Assembly: GCA_035544955.1 (NCBI GenBank)
Contig: DASZZN010000034.1
Location: 71,700-135,699, forward strand
Length of the DNA: 64,000 bases
Source of the DNA: Candidatus Dormiibacterota bacterium
GTDB lineage: Bacteria > Chloroflexota > Dormibacteria > CF-121
Reading direction: 5' to 3'
In this document: piece by piece, positions 61,371 to 64,000 of the stretch
Layout: each line of letters starts with the position of its first letter
How positions within the stretch are numbered: position 1 is the stretch's first letter
The notes under the pieces: generated by a model
What the model was told of the DNA's origin: nothing
Databases searched by the model: none
The model's input: only the letters and a program-made list of their open reading frames with translations
Position numbers and translations under genes: made by a program

Positions 61371-62081
61371 ATGAAAAGGGGACGACTCTCAACCGCGGCC
61401 GTCGCGTACATCACCGGCACCAGCATCCTCGCCATCGCGGTCGCAGTGATCCGCTGGCCTAGCGAAACCCCTGGTAACCTCGTCGTCTTCGCCGTCGTCA
61501 CCGGCCTCGGCATGCTGGCACATGCGTATCCGATTCAGGGGTTCCGTCACCAGGCCTACCAGGTGACGCTGCCGTTCATCATCATCGCGGCCGCCACGCT
61601 GAGCGCCCCGCAGTTGGTGGCGTTCATCGTCTTGATCCACTTGGCCGAGCAGGCCCGGCTTCGCCGGCGGCTCTCCATCCAGTGGTTCAACGTATGCGAC
61701 TATTACCTCAGCGCAGCCGCAGCGGCTGCCGCCTACCAGAAGGCAGCGCAGCTGCTCCCGGATGATGCGTTCGGCCACGTTACTGCCGCCATTTCGGCAG
61801 GCTGTGCCTTTGTCCTCCTCAACCGGGTGTTGTTGGCCGGCGTGCTGTGGTTGGCCCGCGGCCTGTCGCCGCTTGCCTCGGGACTCTTCCAGTCCGAGTT
61901 ACTGGCGGCTGATCTGATTATCACCTGGATCGCCGGGCCGATGTTGCTGCTCACCCTGCAGAGCGGACCCTGGACGGTGCTCGTCACGGCTGGCCCGTTA
62001 TTGCTGGCGCGCCCTGCGCTATCGGCCTTGTTGGAACGGCGCCAAGCGCCCGAGCGCGGGGCGGCGGCGCGGGCTGCCTGA
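61371..62081 (+). CDS. polytopic membrane protein, stand-alone copy of the sensor module of the downstream GGDEF protein
   Basis: Starts 2 nt after the S8 stop. About 7 TM segments. 'HQAYQVTLPFIIIAAATL....IQWFNV' parallels 'HQSYYTTTVFFFAAATL....IQAFNV' in the next gene. Confidence 0.65.
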   Translation: MKRGRLSTAAVAYITGTSILAIAVAVIRWPSETPGNLVVFAVVTGLGMLAHAYPIQGFRHQAYQVTLPFIIIAAATLSAPQLVAFIVLIHLAEQARLRRRLSIQWFNVCDYYLSAAAAAAAYQKAAQLLPDDAFGHVTAAISAGCAFVLLNRVLLAGVLWLARGLSPLASGLFQSELLAADLIITWIAGPMLLLTLQSGPWTVLVTAGPLLLARPALSALLERRQAPERGAAARAA

Positions 62082-62088
62082 TGGGTCG

Positions 62089-63312
62089 ATGAACGATCTG
62101 CCGCGCGTCGCTCGATTGTATGTGGTCGGCGTGCTGCTCGCGGCGCTGGTCGCCGGTACCGCCGGAGTCCTGCTGGCCCCGCCACGGCTCGCGCTGGCAC
62201 CCATTGCGCTGCTGCTCCTGCTGTGTGCCACGATTGCCCAGCAGTTCAAGGTCAAGAGTCCGAACCACCAGTCGTATTACACGACGACCGTCTTTTTCTT
62301 TGCGGCGGCGACCCTTTTGCACCCCGGTTACGTGGTCGTGATCATCCTCGCGGCTCATGCTGTGGAGTGGCTGCGCGTCCGCACCCGCTGGTACATCCAG
62401 GCATTCAATGTGGCGAACTTTCTCCTCTGCTCGATGGCGGCCGGCGCCATCTTCGGCCTACGCCAACCGGGTCATGGCAACGGACGTGCTGTCTTGTTCG
62501 CGGTGGTGGCCGGCCTGGCTTTTGTTGGGTTCAACCACCTGCTCACCGCCCTGGTCATCACGTGGGCGCGCGGTATTCCAATCTCTAGGGCCGGCACCCT
62601 GGATTGGGAGAACCTCGGCACCGACTTGGCGTTGATGTCGGTCGGCGCACTCGGTTCGCTGCTGTGGCTCACGAATCCATGGCTGGCGCCCCTCTGCCTC
62701 GGCCCGCTCTTCTTGATCTACCGGTCGCTGCTGGTTCCCAGCCTGAGAGAGGAGGCGCGCACGGATCCGAAGACCGCGTTGGCCAACATGAAGCACTGGA
62801 GCCAGCTGGCCCAGGCGGAGGTCGAGCGCGCCCGACGCTTCGGCCGCCCCCTCAGCGTCGTCCTGGCTGACTTCGACCTACTCCGCGACATCAACAATCG
62901 GCATGGGCACCTGGTGGGGGACCAGATGATCCGGCGAGTGGCAGACGCCATTCGGGCCGCACTGCGCGAGTACGATGTGCCCGCCCGTTTCGGCGGCGAC
63001 GAGTTCGCCATCCTGATGCCGGAGACCGCCCTGGCTGAAGCCATGACCGTGGCTGAGCGGATCCGCCGAGGGGTCGAGTCGATCGAGCTCCAGATCGCGG
63101 ATGGCTCAAACCTGGCGGCCAGTGTCAGCGTCGGCGTCGCGCTCTTCCCCGGCCACGGTCGGACGGCATCGGACTTGCTTGGGGCAGCCGACCGCGCCGT
63201 CTATCAAGCGAAGGCATTGGGCCGCAACCGAGTGTGCGCCTTTGCCGACCCCGATGCTGAGAGTCTGCGCCCGATCCGGATTCCGGTGGCCGCGCGGCGC
63301 GAAGCGAGCTAG
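62089..63312 (+). CDS. membrane-bound diguanylate cyclase (polytopic N-terminal module plus GGDEF)
   Basis: 'RFGGDEFAILM' active site. I-site-like 'REYD' 5 residues upstream. 'D.D.F..INN..GH..GD' present. Confidence 0.85.
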   Translation: MNDLPRVARLYVVGVLLAALVAGTAGVLLAPPRLALAPIALLLLLCATIAQQFKVKSPNHQSYYTTTVFFFAAATLLHPGYVVVIILAAHAVEWLRVRTRWYIQAFNVANFLLCSMAAGAIFGLRQPGHGNGRAVLFAVVAGLAFVGFNHLLTALVITWARGIPISRAGTLDWENLGTDLALMSVGALGSLLWLTNPWLAPLCLGPLFLIYRSLLVPSLREEARTDPKTALANMKHWSQLAQAEVERARRFGRPLSVVLADFDLLRDINNRHGHLVGDQMIRRVADAIRAALREYDVPARFGGDEFAILMPETALAEAMTVAERIRRGVESIELQIADGSNLAASVSVGVALFPGHGRTASDLLGAADRAVYQAKALGRNRVCAFADPDAESLRPIRIPVAARREAS

Positions 63313-63314
63313 AG

Positions 63315-63614
63315 CTAGGTCGACTTCTTGGGCCGCCGGCTTCGCCGGCGATCCGCATGCGCACGCATGAAGGTGTAGGTCTTCTCGGCGGCGTAGCCTT
63401 TGTGCACCGCATCCTGGATGCGCGGCCAGAATTCTTCCTTCACCCAGTTACGCGCGACCAGCACCTCGACGCCTGCGAGGCGAAGGTCGCCCTTCTCCAA
63501 ATCGGACGTTGTATCGCCTCGCTGCAGCGAGCGCACCGCGTCGAGGCTGAGGTTGGGAGTGAGCCATCCGTGCGGGATGAGGACCTCGGCCTGCCCGCGA
63601 GGCTCGTCTGGCAC
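63315..63614 (-). CDS. hypothetical protein (start uncertain)
   Basis: The ORF's 3' part reads coding-like (..WVKEEFWPRIQDAVHKGYAAEKTYTFMRAH..). The 5' part of the track ORF overlaps the divergent DUF2269 gene, so the start is placed at GTG 63614 (or TTG 63629). Confidence 0.35.
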   Translation of the reverse strand: MPDEPRGQAEVLIPHGWLTPNLSLDAVRSLQRGDTTSDLEKGDLRLAGVEVLVARNWVKEEFWPRIQDAVHKGYAAEKTYTFMRAHADRRRSRRPKKST

Positions 63615-63664
63615 GGAGCAACTGTACAACGGCGACCGTCCGAGCCGTAACGTATGCTGCTCAC

Positions 63665-64000
63665 GTGCCGGTGCTGAAAACGCTTCACGTGCTCGGCGCG
63701 ATCTTCCTGCTGGGCGGCGTGAGCACGCACGCGTTATTGCGTCCAATGGCGGCCCGGGCCGCCGACGTCGCGCAGCACGCGCTCTACCAATTCGGCTGGC
63801 GGGTGCAACTGGCTCTCGTCTACACGGGATCGGCGCTGGTGCTCATCACCGGCCTGCTGCTGTGGGTTGGGCATTTCAAGCTCTTCACCGGCTGGCTCCT
63901 CCTCGGCTTCCTTCTTTATGTGGCCGCGGCCGGGCTCGACGGCGCCTTCCTGGCTCCCAACTTGCGGCGCGCGCGCGGCGCGAAGGCGGAGGGATCGAGC
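63665..64000 (+). CDS. DUF2269-type membrane protein (3' end beyond window)
   Basis: GTG 63665, frame open to the window edge. Product: VPVLKTLHVLGAIFLLGGVSTHALL...LVLITGLLLWVGHFKLFTGWLLLGFLLYVAAAGLDGAFL. Not in the track because no stop is reached. Confidence 0.6.
   Translation, partial: MPVLKTLHVLGAIFLLGGVSTHALLRPMAARAADVAQHALYQFGWRVQLALVYTGSALVLITGLLLWVGHFKLFTGWLLLGFLLYVAAAGLDGAFLAPNLRRARGAKAEGSS

Noticed and set aside
63615-63746. 5' part of the 143-aa minus-strand ORF
   Set aside because: It overlaps the start of the divergent, topology-supported DUF2269 membrane protein (GTG 63665) and is Arg/Ala/Ser-rich. Only the 3' ~100 codons are kept, at low confidence.
1-64000. Search for mobile elements, prophage, tRNA/rRNA, CRISPR, toxin-antitoxin pairs
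   Set aside because: I found no transposase, integrase or recombinase-like translations, no T-loop-like GGTTCGAATCC strings in intergenic DNA, no spaced repeat arrays, and no obvious GC-deviant island. By eye the window looks like core chromosome.

Overview
High-GC (roughly two-thirds G+C by eye), densely packed chromosomal segment with about 72 protein-coding genes. Many junctions are short or overlapping, which suggests translational coupling. I recognised no rRNA, tRNA, CRISPR array, transposase, integrase or phage genes. All calls come from reading the translations and the DNA by eye; no database or HMM search was run.

Gene content is mostly housekeeping and metabolic:
- several predicted F420-type flavoenzymes (LLM, DDN and two PPOX genes)
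- a GABA/aminoaldehyde catabolic trio (aldehyde dehydrogenase, APC permease, GabT)
- an ABC-2 exporter
- an AidB-like acyl-CoA dehydrogenase
- GlpX
- a MarR-MFS-Dabb-CPBP operon
- two amidases
- a Tat-exported vanadium-haloperoxidase/PAP2-like protein
- a 2-oxoacid dehydrogenase E1alpha/E1beta/E2 operon
- QueF
- an MshC-like cysteine ligase
- a GAF histidine kinase
- a LysM-CHAP hydrolase
- a Moco oxidoreductase / ApbE / ferric-reductase-like cluster
- an S8 protease followed by a membrane-module/GGDEF pair
This content fits an F420-using terrabacterial lineage (Actinomycetota- or Chloroflexota-like); that placement is inference.

Most noteworthy findings:
1. A hidden Rdx/SelW-like selenoprotein gene at 30838-31107, absent from the ORF track. 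It has an in-frame TGA exactly at the CxxU position and a SECIS-like hairpin downstream.
2. An orphan 491-aa protein at 49480-50955 (unknown N-domain, wHTH, restriction-endonuclease-like C-terminus), followed by an unusually structured ~230-nt non-coding region.
3. Three independent genes whose homology- or topology-supported N-termini have no ATG/GTG/TTG, only a CTG at or next to the upstream stop. Two of these are CTGA overlaps.
4. A MsrP-like/ApbE/MsrQ-like cluster with a 57-codon signal-peptide micro-ORF overlapping an ApbE gene that has no signal peptide. This is either a frameshifted exported ApbE or a mini flavinylation substrate.
5. A QueF with the catalytic Cys displaced by two residues, a trypsin-fold protein that has lost its catalytic His and Ser, and several unusual domain fusions.

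I cannot demonstrate a complete new multi-gene system from sequence alone.
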